Below, piece by piece: positions 37,714 to 47,166 of a stretch of 64,000 nt of DNA. Position 1 is the first letter of the stretch; each line of letters begins with the position of its first letter. This DNA is from Verrucomicrobiota bacterium (lineage in GTDB: Bacteria > Verrucomicrobiota > Verrucomicrobiia > Limisphaerales > JACDHS01): NCBI GenBank assembly GCA_013820875.1, contig JACDHS010000001.1, positions 87,154 to 151,153 on the forward strand, read 5' to 3'. Position numbers and translations under genes: made by a program. The notes below the pieces were generated by a model. It was given only the letters and a program-made list of their open reading frames with translations, had not been told where the DNA came from and ran no database searches.

Positions 37714-40179
37714 TCAAAAGCTGACTTTTCCCGCGCCAGCATAATTCGTGATCAGGTTTGGAAGATTTTCGGGCGCATCCATTGTCAGCGAATACGGCGG
37801 TGTGAAAACTGTGTCGGTTCCGGGATCCATCGTGCCGCTCGTGCTCACGAAACTGTTTCCCGACGCTTTGATTTTTCCTGCCATGCCTGTCGTGATGTAT
37901 TTCACGTAGGGGCTTTTCACGCCTTGGAAACGATTGTTCTCTATCAATAACTGCGACTCAAGGGCTGCCCGCACGCAATAGTTGTTTCCGGGTGAATTGA
38001 AAAGGTTATTGTAAACATGGACTTGCCCAAACCGCACTCGCGGCATTCGTTCGACGCACATCGTGCTCCACCAATTATGATGAAATGTGACGCGCAATTT
38101 TCCGCGATCGCCAGTGTTCGAATCGTCCGCGCCGATGAGGTTCACGAAATTATGACCTGTGTTAGCAGTGTAAAAAAACCTGCACCACGACACCGTCACA
38201 AAATCAGAAGCTTGTGTGATGTCCAATGCGCCGTCAGCACAATCATAGAACGTGCAGTGGTCAATCCAGATATGGCGTGCGCCGTTATCAATTGTTATTC
38301 CGTCGCCCGATCCGACACCGTTTGGGTTAGTTAAAAACAAATTCCGCACGACTATGTTTGTCACACCGGACATCCGAAGGCTTCCGATCAACGTCGCATT
38401 GGTGCCGTTCCCGACAATCGTTTTGCTCGAACGAACGGAGATGGAATTGAAACTGATTGTTCCTTGTACGCGCACGGTGTATGGCGCGGTTTGCGTGAGA
38501 TAAAAATTTAAATCCGCGGCGTTGCTCACCGTGACCGTTGGCCCAGCCGCTCCACCGGTGACGTTCCCGTTGATCGTCGCGAAACCGAGCAGACCGAAAT
38601 CCGGCGGCATGTTGGTTGGATTCACTGTCAGCATTGCGACAACGCTTGTGACTGCGCCGAGCGAATTCGTCACGACAACCGAATAAGCTCCAGCCGCATT
38701 CATTTGAACATTAGTGAAGACCAGCGATGAATTGGTCGCATTTGCCAGCGGTGTGTTGGTGTTAAAAAACCATTGATAACTCATCGACGCCGCGCCAATT
38801 GCGGTCACGTTAAACAGGACGGTTTGGGTTTCCGTTGCAGAAAGACTCTGCGGCTGCACGGTGATTTCCGGGGAAGTGAAGACGCTCAAAAGCGCAGTGT
38901 CGCTGACCACGGAGCCGCCGTCATTCGCGACGAACACCGCATAATTTCCCGCGTTGGCCGGCTGAACATTTGTCAGCAACAGTGTGGCATTAGTCGCGTT
39001 CGCGATTGGAACTGATTTAAAATACCATCGATAGGTCAGCGGCTCGCTGCCAGCGGCGACAACCGTTAACGCGACCTCGCCACCCGCCGGGACGCCGGCG
39101 TTTCCTGGTTGCGCGAGAATCGAAGGCGCGACGGGAGTGAGACTTTTGAGTCGATAGAATGCTCGTGCTGGCGTACTGCCAAGATCGGCGAAATCATCAA
39201 CAAATTCCAACAAACCTGCCCCGGACATATTGGTGCTCATCAGCGAAACCCAACCCAACAAATCAAGCGAACGCTGCACTTCGACAGGAGAATCTGGCGC
39301 GGCTTGAAACATCACGAGCGCAGACGCGTTGGAAACAGCTACAAATTGCGAATGGCTTGTTGGATCCACTCCGACGGAAGCACTGAGCTTTTCCACTTTC
39401 ATTCGTGTAAATTGAAACGTGGTTGCGGATTCGTTGCCGCGCGGCGAAAAAATTACGAATGTGTCGAACGCGGTGGTCAGTCCGCCAATATCCGCGCCGT
39501 CTTGCGCGATTGTCCAACCGTTGGTGTCCGAGATTCTTGTCGAGACGACGATCGAATCCGCGTTGCGCAGTGCGGACAATTGAAGAGTGTAAGCCACCCC
39601 ATTGGTGAATCCCGGCGCGCCGGCAATTCCACCGCCGCTGCCCAGCGTGAGAAAATCCGGCAAATTGGAAATCAGACCTGCGCTGCTGACATTCGTTCGT
39701 TCCGTGATTAACAGGGGATTGCCCCGAAGCGTGCTGCCAAAATTCATGAACAACGCGTAACCTGTGTAACCAGTTCCAGCCGGATTGCTTCCATCGGCTG
39801 CGCTCCGTGTTCCGCCGCTGGAATTGAAAAGGCCAAAGCGCAAACTCGTGTTGTTATTCAACGGCGCGACGCCAGACGGAACAAACTGCAGCGTCACCCG
39901 GAGAGTCTCCCCAATGTTCAACGTCGCGGGACTATTGCCGCTACTCGTAAAATAAGTCCACCAATGACGAGAGCTTGTCGTAGGAATTGTTCCCGTCATC
40001 AGATTCGTCGCCGCCGCCAGCGATGAAGCCGTTGAAGCGAACCACGCCGATTCTTCGGGCAGATTTGTTTCCGTGCGCGTCCCGTCGAGCCATGTGTCAT
40101 CGAGTAGAACGGTTGCATGGCCGGACAGAACGTGTGCGAACAACGCCGCGAGAAATGTAAAAAGAGGAAAACGATTCAT
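37714..40179 (-). CDS. Modular pectate lyase, PL1 family (module B + FYRL beta-sandwich + 2 Ig-like domains + PL1 catalytic domain)
   Basis: The start is at MNRFPLFTFLAALFAHVLSGHA (ATG = complement of 40177-40179). The catalytic C-terminus has GDGITIDNGARHIWIDHCTF, DGALDIT, HNFVNLIGADD and RVTFHHNWW...ERMPRVRFGQVHVYNN. Confidence 0.9.
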   Translation of the reverse strand: MNRFPLFTFLAALFAHVLSGHATVLLDDTWLDGTRTETNLPEESAWFASTASSLAAATNLMTGTIPTTSSRHWWTYFTSSGNSPATLNIGETLRVTLQFVPSGVAPLNNNTSLRFGLFNSSGGTRSAADGSNPAGTGYTGYALFMNFGSTLRGNPLLITERTNVSSAGLISNLPDFLTLGSGGGIAGAPGFTNGVAYTLQLSALRNADSIVVSTRISDTNGWTIAQDGADIGGLTTAFDTFVIFSPRGNESATTFQFTRMKVEKLSASVGVDPTSHSQFVAVSNASALVMFQAAPDSPVEVQRSLDLLGWVSLMSTNMSGAGLLEFVDDFADLGSTPARAFYRLKSLTPVAPSILAQPGNAGVPAGGEVALTVVAAGSEPLTYRWYFKSVPIANATNATLLLTNVQPANAGNYAVFVANDGGSVVSDTALLSVFTSPEITVQPQSLSATETQTVLFNVTAIGAASMSYQWFFNTNTPLANATNSSLVFTNVQMNAAGAYSVVVTNSLGAVTSVVAMLTVNPTNMPPDFGLLGFATINGNVTGGAAGPTVTVSNAADLNFYLTQTAPYTVRVQGTISFNSISVRSSKTIVGNGTNATLIGSLRMSGVTNIVVRNLFLTNPNGVGSGDGITIDNGARHIWIDHCTFYDCADGALDITQASDFVTVSWCRFFYTANTGHNFVNLIGADDSNTGDRGKLRVTFHHNWWSTMCVERMPRVRFGQVHVYNNLFNSPGNNYCVRAALESQLLIENNRFQGVKSPYVKYITTGMAGKIKASGNSFVSTSGTMDPGTDTVFTPPYSLTMDAPENLPNLITNYAGAGKVSF

Positions 40180-40465
40180 CAGATTCAACGGCACTTGCTC
40201 GTAGTATCCGGGTTCCCGCCGTGAAACGTCATCCCCCATTTTTGTATTCCTGATTGAAAATTGAGCACCCTGCTTCGAATCAGGGTGAGGGTTTGCAACG
40301 AGACTTTTGCACCTCATTGCGCGTCAGGTGTCGAATGCAAACCGGCGTTCCGCCGGCAGAACCAAGTGCATAGAATTCAAACCAGTTTGCAAACCCGCCA
40401 TGATGACAATGCAGGGAACGCCTCTTAAGCTTTACCGTTCATAAATCAGGTCCGCTATCAAACCT

Positions 40466-41203
40466 ATGAAAAACATTTTAACCATCGGCTTCGCGCTCAG
40501 CATCGCAATTGTGTCGGCACACTCGCAGGTGTTGTTGAGCGGTGGAGCAACGTATCAGCAGAATTTTGATTCACTCGCGAGTTCCGTCGGAACAAACACA
40601 ACCGTTGCGTGGACGAACAACACGGCGTTGAAAGGCTGGTACGCCAGTTCAAAAGCGAAGGGCGATTACAAAAGCTATCGTGTGAGCGGCGGCGAAATGA
40701 ACAATGGATGGATTTATAGTTTTGGCACGAACGCTGCAAACGCCATTTCGGATCGTGCGTTTGGTTCCATAGCGTCGGGAACTCCGGAAGTTATCGCGTT
40801 CGGGGTGCGTTTCAAGAATGACACTGACAAAACGATGACGAAAGTCCTCGTTTCCTACAACGGCGAGCAGTGGCGCAACTCAACGGACAATGGCGCCGAT
40901 CAAACGCTGACTTTTGCTTTTCGCACTGCTTCATCGACGCTAACGAATGCGGAACCGGGAATCACAGAAAACTGGACGCCGGTAAAAGCCCTCGACTTCA
41001 CTCGTTTGAACTACGGCGGTGATGCCGGTCCATTGGACGGAAACGCGAAAGCCAATCGCAAGGAATTCACAAATGTTGAACTTGCCGGAGTGAAATTGAA
41101 ACCAGGCGAGGAATTATTTTTGCGCTGGGAGGATGTGGATGATCTTGGTCAGAGCGATCATGGTTTGGCAGTGGATGATTTAAAAGTTTCATTCACTGAA
41201 TAG
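40466..41203 (+). CDS. Secreted hypothetical protein (245 aa)
   Basis: Signal peptide MKNILTIGFALSIAIVSAHSQ. The mature part has YQQNFDSL, LKGWY, DRAFGSIASG, YNGEQWRN and DHGLAVDDLKV. I cannot assign a catalytic motif. Confidence 0.6.
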   Translation: MKNILTIGFALSIAIVSAHSQVLLSGGATYQQNFDSLASSVGTNTTVAWTNNTALKGWYASSKAKGDYKSYRVSGGEMNNGWIYSFGTNAANAISDRAFGSIASGTPEVIAFGVRFKNDTDKTMTKVLVSYNGEQWRNSTDNGADQTLTFAFRTASSTLTNAEPGITENWTPVKALDFTRLNYGGDAGPLDGNAKANRKEFTNVELAGVKLKPGEELFLRWEDVDDLGQSDHGLAVDDLKVSFTE

Positions 41204-41331
41204 GATCATCAGGTGAACCCGGGCGCGCCGTGGGTGCAGGAATCTCACGTCATCCTGCAAAAACGAGCAATGGTTTCCAGCGCGCGACAAAGTATTCTCT
41301 CATAATCCAATAACAAAAGCCCAAGTCCCAC

Positions 41332-42786
41332 ATGAGTTTCATTCACGAAGATTTTCTGCTGATGACCGCGACAGCGCGGCGGTTGTATCATCAGTTTGCG
41401 GAACCTGAGCCGATCCTCGATTTTCATTGTCATCTCTCCCCGCGGGACATCGCTGAAAACCGACAATTCAAAAATCTTTTTGAAATCTGGCTGGAAGGCG
41501 ACCACTACAAATGGCGGGCAATGCGGACCAACGGTGTGGCGGAGCGATACTGCACCGGCGGTGAGGAACCGTTCGCAAAATTCCAGGCTTGGGCCGCAAC
41601 AGTACCTCACACAGTGCGCAATCCGTTATTTCACTGGACGCATCTCGAACTGAAACGCTATTTCGGAATCAACGAGCTTCTTGACGAAGCCAGCGCCGCG
41701 CGTATTTGGAACCAGGCTAACGAACAACTTGCCACTCCAGAGCTTTCCACGCATGGGATCTTAAAAAGGTTTAAGGTCACTCTGCTCTGCACGACCGATG
41801 ATCCTGTGGACGATTTGTGCTATCATCGCGCGATTGCGAGTAGCGGTCTGCAAACCCGGGTCTTGCCCGCTTTCCGTCCTGACAAAGCGCTTGCAATCAA
41901 CGTGCCGGAAAAATTCAAGCACTGGGTGGAACAACTTGGCGCGGCGGCGAATTTGGAAATCAACAATCTGCCGCAATTCCTGGAAGCGCTAAAGCAGCGT
42001 CACGATTTCTTTCACGCCAATGGTTGTCGGATTTCCGATCATGGAATCGACCAATGCTACGCGGAGTTCTGTTCTGAAAACGTTGCCTCGTCCATCTTTG
42101 ACAAAGTTTTCATTGGCCAATCCGTTTCTCCAGGGGAGCAGGGACAATTCGCCGCGTTCATGATGATTTATTTTGGACAGCTCGACGCGGAAAAGGGCTG
42201 GACCAAACAATTGCATCTTGGCGCGTTGCGAAACAACAACACGCGATTGATGCGAACGCTTGGTCCCGATACCGGCTTTGATTCCATCGGCGATTTGCCG
42301 CAAGCGAAATTGCTCGCGGCTTACCTTGACCGTCTGGACAGCGAAAATTCTTTGCCCAAAATAATTCTCTACAATAACAACCCGGTGGATAATTACGTTT
42401 TCGGAACAATGCTCGGAAATTTTCAGGACGGCAGTATCCCAGGCAAGCTTCAACTCGGCGCAAGCTGGTGGTTCCTCGACCAGAAAGAAGGGATCGAATG
42501 GCAACTCAATACGCTGTCCGCTCTCGGCCTGCTCTCGCGTTTTGTTGGGATGGTCACCGATTCCCGCTCGTTCATGTCGTATCCGCGTCACGAATACTTT
42601 CGTCGCGTGCTGTGCAATCTCATCGGGCGCGACGTGGAAAACGGAGAAATCCCTGACGACGAAATGCTTCTCGGTCCGTTGATTCGGAATATTTGCTACA
42701 CCAATGCGGATCGGTATTTGGATTTGAACGGGCAACCTGAAAAAAGCGCAACCGTCGTGGACAACGGCGTTGTAATTTCCAAATGA
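41332..42786 (+). CDS. uxaC: Glucuronate/galacturonate isomerase
   Basis: MSFIHEDFLL...ARRLYH...PILDFHCHLSPRDIAEN...GDHYKWRAMR is the canonical UxaC N-terminus. Length 484 aa. Confidence 0.95.
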   Translation: MSFIHEDFLLMTATARRLYHQFAEPEPILDFHCHLSPRDIAENRQFKNLFEIWLEGDHYKWRAMRTNGVAERYCTGGEEPFAKFQAWAATVPHTVRNPLFHWTHLELKRYFGINELLDEASAARIWNQANEQLATPELSTHGILKRFKVTLLCTTDDPVDDLCYHRAIASSGLQTRVLPAFRPDKALAINVPEKFKHWVEQLGAAANLEINNLPQFLEALKQRHDFFHANGCRISDHGIDQCYAEFCSENVASSIFDKVFIGQSVSPGEQGQFAAFMMIYFGQLDAEKGWTKQLHLGALRNNNTRLMRTLGPDTGFDSIGDLPQAKLLAAYLDRLDSENSLPKIILYNNNPVDNYVFGTMLGNFQDGSIPGKLQLGASWWFLDQKEGIEWQLNTLSALGLLSRFVGMVTDSRSFMSYPRHEYFRRVLCNLIGRDVENGEIPDDEMLLGPLIRNICYTNADRYLDLNGQPEKSATVVDNGVVISK

Positions 42787-42849
42787 GCCACGGCAGTTTT
42801 AAGCCACAGCAGGTTTCGAAAACCTGCGTTACGGTGAGACGAATTTATA

Positions 42850-45090
42850 ATGATTAAAAGTGTATTAGTTGCCGGTTGTGTTCTGTTTCTGATTCAAAGT
42901 ACACAGGCGGCGACGCTGCCATTTTACGAATCTTTTCCGACCACTTACGCGGAAGGCGAAAGGCTCGGCGGTGCGACAAGCGGTGCAAATTGGGACACGG
43001 GTAATGGAACTGGCACAGGAAGCGCCACCAATACGATCAATGCCGCACTGAGTTACAGCGGCCTGGCAACTTCCAGCAGTTCGCGAGGAATTCTTTTGAC
43101 CGGAACGCCCAGCAGCAATCGCGACCGCGGCGTCACGTTCAGCCCGGCGCAGCCGATTGGCGCGGCAAGTCCCACTCTTTACGTTTCCTTTTTATTGAAT
43201 GTTCAAACTCCGAGCTCCGCAACCAGGGGATTGGCGTATTTTCGGAATTCCACCAGTTCGGGAACTCCAAGCGCCGGAATTTACATCAATTCCTCCAGTC
43301 AATTGCAGCTTGTGAAAAGCGGAACAACGCCCGCTGCAGATACTTCTCCCGCGCTCAATCCAGGCACTCATCTGGTGGTAATGCGCTACAAGTGGACCAG
43401 CGCAACCTCAAGCGATGAGGAAGTTTCCCTGTGGCTGAATCCGATTTCGCTCGGCGCAGATGAATCCGGCGTACCCGAGCCGACAATTTCAACAACCGAT
43501 GGCTCAGATGTTTCGACGTTGAATGCCTTTTTCATTTCCCAAAAAACCGATGCCTCAGGAACATTTTGGATGGATGAAGTGCGTATCGCCACAACCTGGT
43601 CCGGTGTCACACCCATTGGCGAGGTTACCCTGCCAAGCCAACCGCACATCACTCAAGCGGTTGTGACTGCGGGAGAAATCATTTTAAGTGGAACGAACGG
43701 CGTGCCGGGCGGCTCGTTCCTGGTGCTGAGTTCCCATGATGTGAATTTGCCTTTCGCGGAATGGTCTGTCGTCGCCACCAATTTTTTCGACGAAAACGGA
43801 GATTTTGCTTTCACCAATTCAGTTTCGCCGTCAGATGCCAAAAAATTCTATATCGTGTCAGTGGAAGGCGCCCCGCCTTCCACACCTGTCGCTCCGACGA
43901 TCCTCACGCAGCCACTGAGCCAAACAGTTCTCACCGGACAGAATGCAACCTTCAGTGTTGGAGCGAGCGGAACTGCGCCTCTTTCCTACAGATGGTATTT
44001 CAACACCAACACGTTGCTGGCATCTTCTGGTAATTCCCTGGTCATCACCAACGCGCAAGCGAGTAACGCCGGAAATTACTTCGTGATCGTCACCAATGAT
44101 GTCGGTTCCGCAACCAGCGCTGTCGCGACATTGACAGTGACTCCTCCTCCCGTTGGCGGTGCGCCATCGGGTTTCGCAGCGCTCAACGGAAACACCACCG
44201 GCGGAGCAGGCGGGCCCATCGTCACGGTGACCAACTTTGCGCAGTTTGACGATTACGCGAGAGTCCGACCCGGCCCTTACATCATTCAAGTCCAAGGCAC
44301 GATTAATCTCGGCACTTCCAACGCCCGCGTCACATCAAACAAAACCATCGTGGGACTTGGCACGAATGCGACTCTCTTCGGAAATTTGAAAGCCTTTGGC
44401 GTGACCAACATCATTGTGCAAAACATCACGTTCACCAATCCGAACAAAGTTGGTGACGGCGACGGCTTCACGTTGGACAACGCCCGCAACATGTGGATCG
44501 ATCATTGCACATTCGTTGATTGCGGCGACGGATCGATGGACATCACTCACGGCTCCGATTGGGTGACGGTTTCGTGGTGTAAGTTTTATTACACCTTCAA
44601 CAGCGGCCACAATTTCGTCAATTTGGTCGGGCACAGCGACAGCAACTCCAGTGAGGACTCCGGCCGATTACGCGTGACCTTCCACCACAATTGGTGGGGA
44701 GAATTGTGTATCGAGCGGATGCCCCGGGTGCGTTTTGGTCGGATCCACAGTTATAACAATTATTTCAATTCGCCAGGCAACAACTATTGCTTCCGTGCCG
44801 CGCGCGATTCCGAAGTGCTCGTTGAAAATAACTATTTTGAAAACGTGAAGAATGCGTGGGAACTGTACCGCACCACGGGCGTTGACGGAAAGGTTTATGC
44901 AACCAACAACATCCATATCAACCCCTCCTGGTCAACCACTGATCCCAAGAGCATTCAGATTCCCGGCACCGACATTCTTGGCTCAGTATTGAATCCTCCA
45001 CCGTATGGTTACGCTCCCGATGATGCATCCTCGGTGCCGACCCTGGTAATAGATGGCGCCGGTGTTGGCAAAGGCCCGTTTGCACCGTGA
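42850..45090 (+). CDS. Modular pectate lyase, PL1 family (module A + beta-sandwich + Ig-like domain + PL1 catalytic domain)
   Basis: It has a signal peptide. The catalytic part has GDGDGFTLDNARNMWIDHCTF, DGSMDIT, HNFVNLVGHSD and RVTFHHNWW...ERMPRVRFGRIHSYNN, closely paralogous to 37714-40179. Confidence 0.9.
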   Translation: MIKSVLVAGCVLFLIQSTQAATLPFYESFPTTYAEGERLGGATSGANWDTGNGTGTGSATNTINAALSYSGLATSSSSRGILLTGTPSSNRDRGVTFSPAQPIGAASPTLYVSFLLNVQTPSSATRGLAYFRNSTSSGTPSAGIYINSSSQLQLVKSGTTPAADTSPALNPGTHLVVMRYKWTSATSSDEEVSLWLNPISLGADESGVPEPTISTTDGSDVSTLNAFFISQKTDASGTFWMDEVRIATTWSGVTPIGEVTLPSQPHITQAVVTAGEIILSGTNGVPGGSFLVLSSHDVNLPFAEWSVVATNFFDENGDFAFTNSVSPSDAKKFYIVSVEGAPPSTPVAPTILTQPLSQTVLTGQNATFSVGASGTAPLSYRWYFNTNTLLASSGNSLVITNAQASNAGNYFVIVTNDVGSATSAVATLTVTPPPVGGAPSGFAALNGNTTGGAGGPIVTVTNFAQFDDYARVRPGPYIIQVQGTINLGTSNARVTSNKTIVGLGTNATLFGNLKAFGVTNIIVQNITFTNPNKVGDGDGFTLDNARNMWIDHCTFVDCGDGSMDITHGSDWVTVSWCKFYYTFNSGHNFVNLVGHSDSNSSEDSGRLRVTFHHNWWGELCIERMPRVRFGRIHSYNNYFNSPGNNYCFRAARDSEVLVENNYFENVKNAWELYRTTGVDGKVYATNNIHINPSWSTTDPKSIQIPGTDILGSVLNPPPYGYAPDDASSVPTLVIDGAGVGKGPFAP

Positions 45091-45147
45091 AATCGAGTGG
45101 ATCAAAATTCTCTCTTCAAATGGAGAATTCTTTGTGTAGCGAAAAGA

Positions 45148-45223
<76 letters not shown>

Positions 45224-45651
45224 ACACCAATAGTATCCTTTCAAAAAGGAGCGACTTCAAATTTGCAAAGCAACAACTGAAAGTCCAGAGGGAAAGTTTC
45301 AAAAAGAACTCGTTGCTTTGCGAGCCCCTATCCATCCATGCCAACAAGCCAGTTTTGCCCGGTCTGAACTGTAATGGAACTCCAAGAGCCCAAAGCTGAT
45401 TGTCGGAGGCTGTCATCTCAGATGCACCCTTGCATGACGCCGGATAAGTCCTCTGCGAGCATGCAAAATGGTATTTTCTCGGGATTACTCGATTTCAAAT
45501 GCATAATTTCACCGATGTTGTGTGCAGAGCAGTTACAACGGACTTGTCGATTCTTCGCTGTAAAAGGGAATCGCCTACTGCTCTCCCATTCGCGGTTATC
45601 CATCCATGGTTTAAAATCTATTTTGCTAAGTACGGCTTAAACTGAGCCAAA

Positions 45652-47166
45652 ATGTTTTCCGTCATTTACATTCCAGATTTTTCGCTGCAATCGGTTCTCC
45701 GCGATGAGCCGGATTTGTTTCTGCGTCCCGTGGCGTTGATCAATGGTGTAGAAAAGAACGCCACTATTTTCCAGCTTACCAGGCCTGCGCGGGAAGCGGG
45801 TGTTTGCGAGGGATTAACTCCCACTCAAGCCATGGCGCGTTGTGGAACTGTGCTGATCAAATCCCGCTCTGCGCCGCACGAGAAAACGACAACCCAAATC
45901 CTGCTGCAAACTGCTTACGCCTTTTCTCCACGTATCGAAGCCACCGCCGATGGCATCTGCACCATGGATTTGCAAGGGCTTGGTATTGCGCTGCCAGCAT
46001 CTTGCCGGCAGAAAGATCTTGCGGATTCTGCCGGTAGAATGCCAGCAGCACATTGGGCTGAAAAAATCTTTGCCGTCTTAAAATCGTTAAATCTTCACGC
46101 TCAAATTGGCATCGCCGAAACTCCCAACTTGGCTTTGCACGCAGCGCGTTGCGCCAACCCGCTCTTGTTGGTTGAGAACTCCACCGATTTCATCTCCGCA
46201 CTGCCCGTGGAAAGCCTCGAACCAACTCCACAGATTTTCGATATTTTGCGCCGTTGGGGTATTCGCACTGCCGGGGAATTCACCGCGCTCGGGAAAGACA
46301 AAATCGCCGAACGACTGGGAACGGAAGCGCTGGAACTATTCGACCGCGCCTCTGCGGTCGAAACACGCCCCCTGAACCTTGTTACTCCAGCGGAACATTT
46401 TTCCGAAGCAATGGAACTTGAGTCTGAGATCGAATCATTGCAACCGTTGCTATTTATTTTGCGTCGCTTCCTCGAACAGTTATCGCGGCGCATTGATGCC
46501 TTACACCTCGTTGTTTCGGATCTGCGCCTTCATCTGAAACTTTCTTCGGGTGACATCTACGAATCGCTCTTCAAAGTCCCCTCGCCTACCGCGAACGTGG
46601 ATATCCTTTTCAGCATGCTGCAAACGCATTTGGAAAGTGTGCGCACCGATTCGACGATCATCGCCATCGAACTTTCTGCCAGGCCTGCGCGCGGCGAAAA
46701 CTTTCAGTTTGGTTTATTCGAAGCTTCCTTGCGCGATCCGAATCAATTCGCCGAGACCCTCGCGCGCTTGAACGCTCTTTGCGGGGATGGAAAAGTCGGT
46801 TCTGCCGTGATGGAAAACACATTTCGTCCGGATGCATTTCGGATGGGATCGCCACAGTTCGATGCAGCCTCAGCGAATCAGCAACAATCTACAGACAAGT
46901 TGTCGGCAGCACTTTGCCTGCGCCGTTTTCGTCCTCCAATTCATGCTGACGTCGAAGTGAAGAGCGGTCATCCGAGTTTTATCGCATCGCTAAAAGTCAG
47001 CAGCCCGATCAAGAGCATTTCCGGCCCGTTCCGAACGTCGGGTGATTGGTGGGAACAAGCGAGATTGTGGCAACGCGACGAGTGGGACATCGAAACCGCA
47101 GATGGCACCATGTATCGCATCTACCACGCCAATGATGATTGGTTCATCGAGGGGATCTACGATTGA
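45652..47166 (+). CDS. imuB: ImuB-like Y-family DNA polymerase homologue (mutasome accessory subunit)
   Basis: MFSVIYIPDFSLQSVLRDEPDL...PVALING is the typical ImuB N-terminus. It is 504 aa and immediately precedes and overlaps dnaE2. Confidence 0.8.
   Translation: MFSVIYIPDFSLQSVLRDEPDLFLRPVALINGVEKNATIFQLTRPAREAGVCEGLTPTQAMARCGTVLIKSRSAPHEKTTTQILLQTAYAFSPRIEATADGICTMDLQGLGIALPASCRQKDLADSAGRMPAAHWAEKIFAVLKSLNLHAQIGIAETPNLALHAARCANPLLLVENSTDFISALPVESLEPTPQIFDILRRWGIRTAGEFTALGKDKIAERLGTEALELFDRASAVETRPLNLVTPAEHFSEAMELESEIESLQPLLFILRRFLEQLSRRIDALHLVVSDLRLHLKLSSGDIYESLFKVPSPTANVDILFSMLQTHLESVRTDSTIIAIELSARPARGENFQFGLFEASLRDPNQFAETLARLNALCGDGKVGSAVMENTFRPDAFRMGSPQFDAASANQQQSTDKLSAALCLRRFRPPIHADVEVKSGHPSFIASLKVSSPIKSISGPFRTSGDWWEQARLWQRDEWDIETADGTMYRIYHANDDWFIEGIYD

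Noticed and set aside
45374-45640. 88-aa ORF upstream of imuB as a candidate imuA
   Set aside because: It has no RecA-like fold signature and no Walker A, its composition is poor, and it is much shorter than ImuA or ImuA' (~200+ aa).
45224-45651. SOS (LexA) box upstream of imuB-dnaE2
   Set aside because: A visual scan found no CTGT-N8-ACAG, GAAC-N4-GTTC, GTTC-N7-GTTC or TGTTC-N4-GAACA match. The nearest strings (gaactcgttgc at about 45308, gttgtgtgcagagcagttacaac at about 45516) do not fit any motif I know. A PSSM scan is needed before claiming presence or absence.
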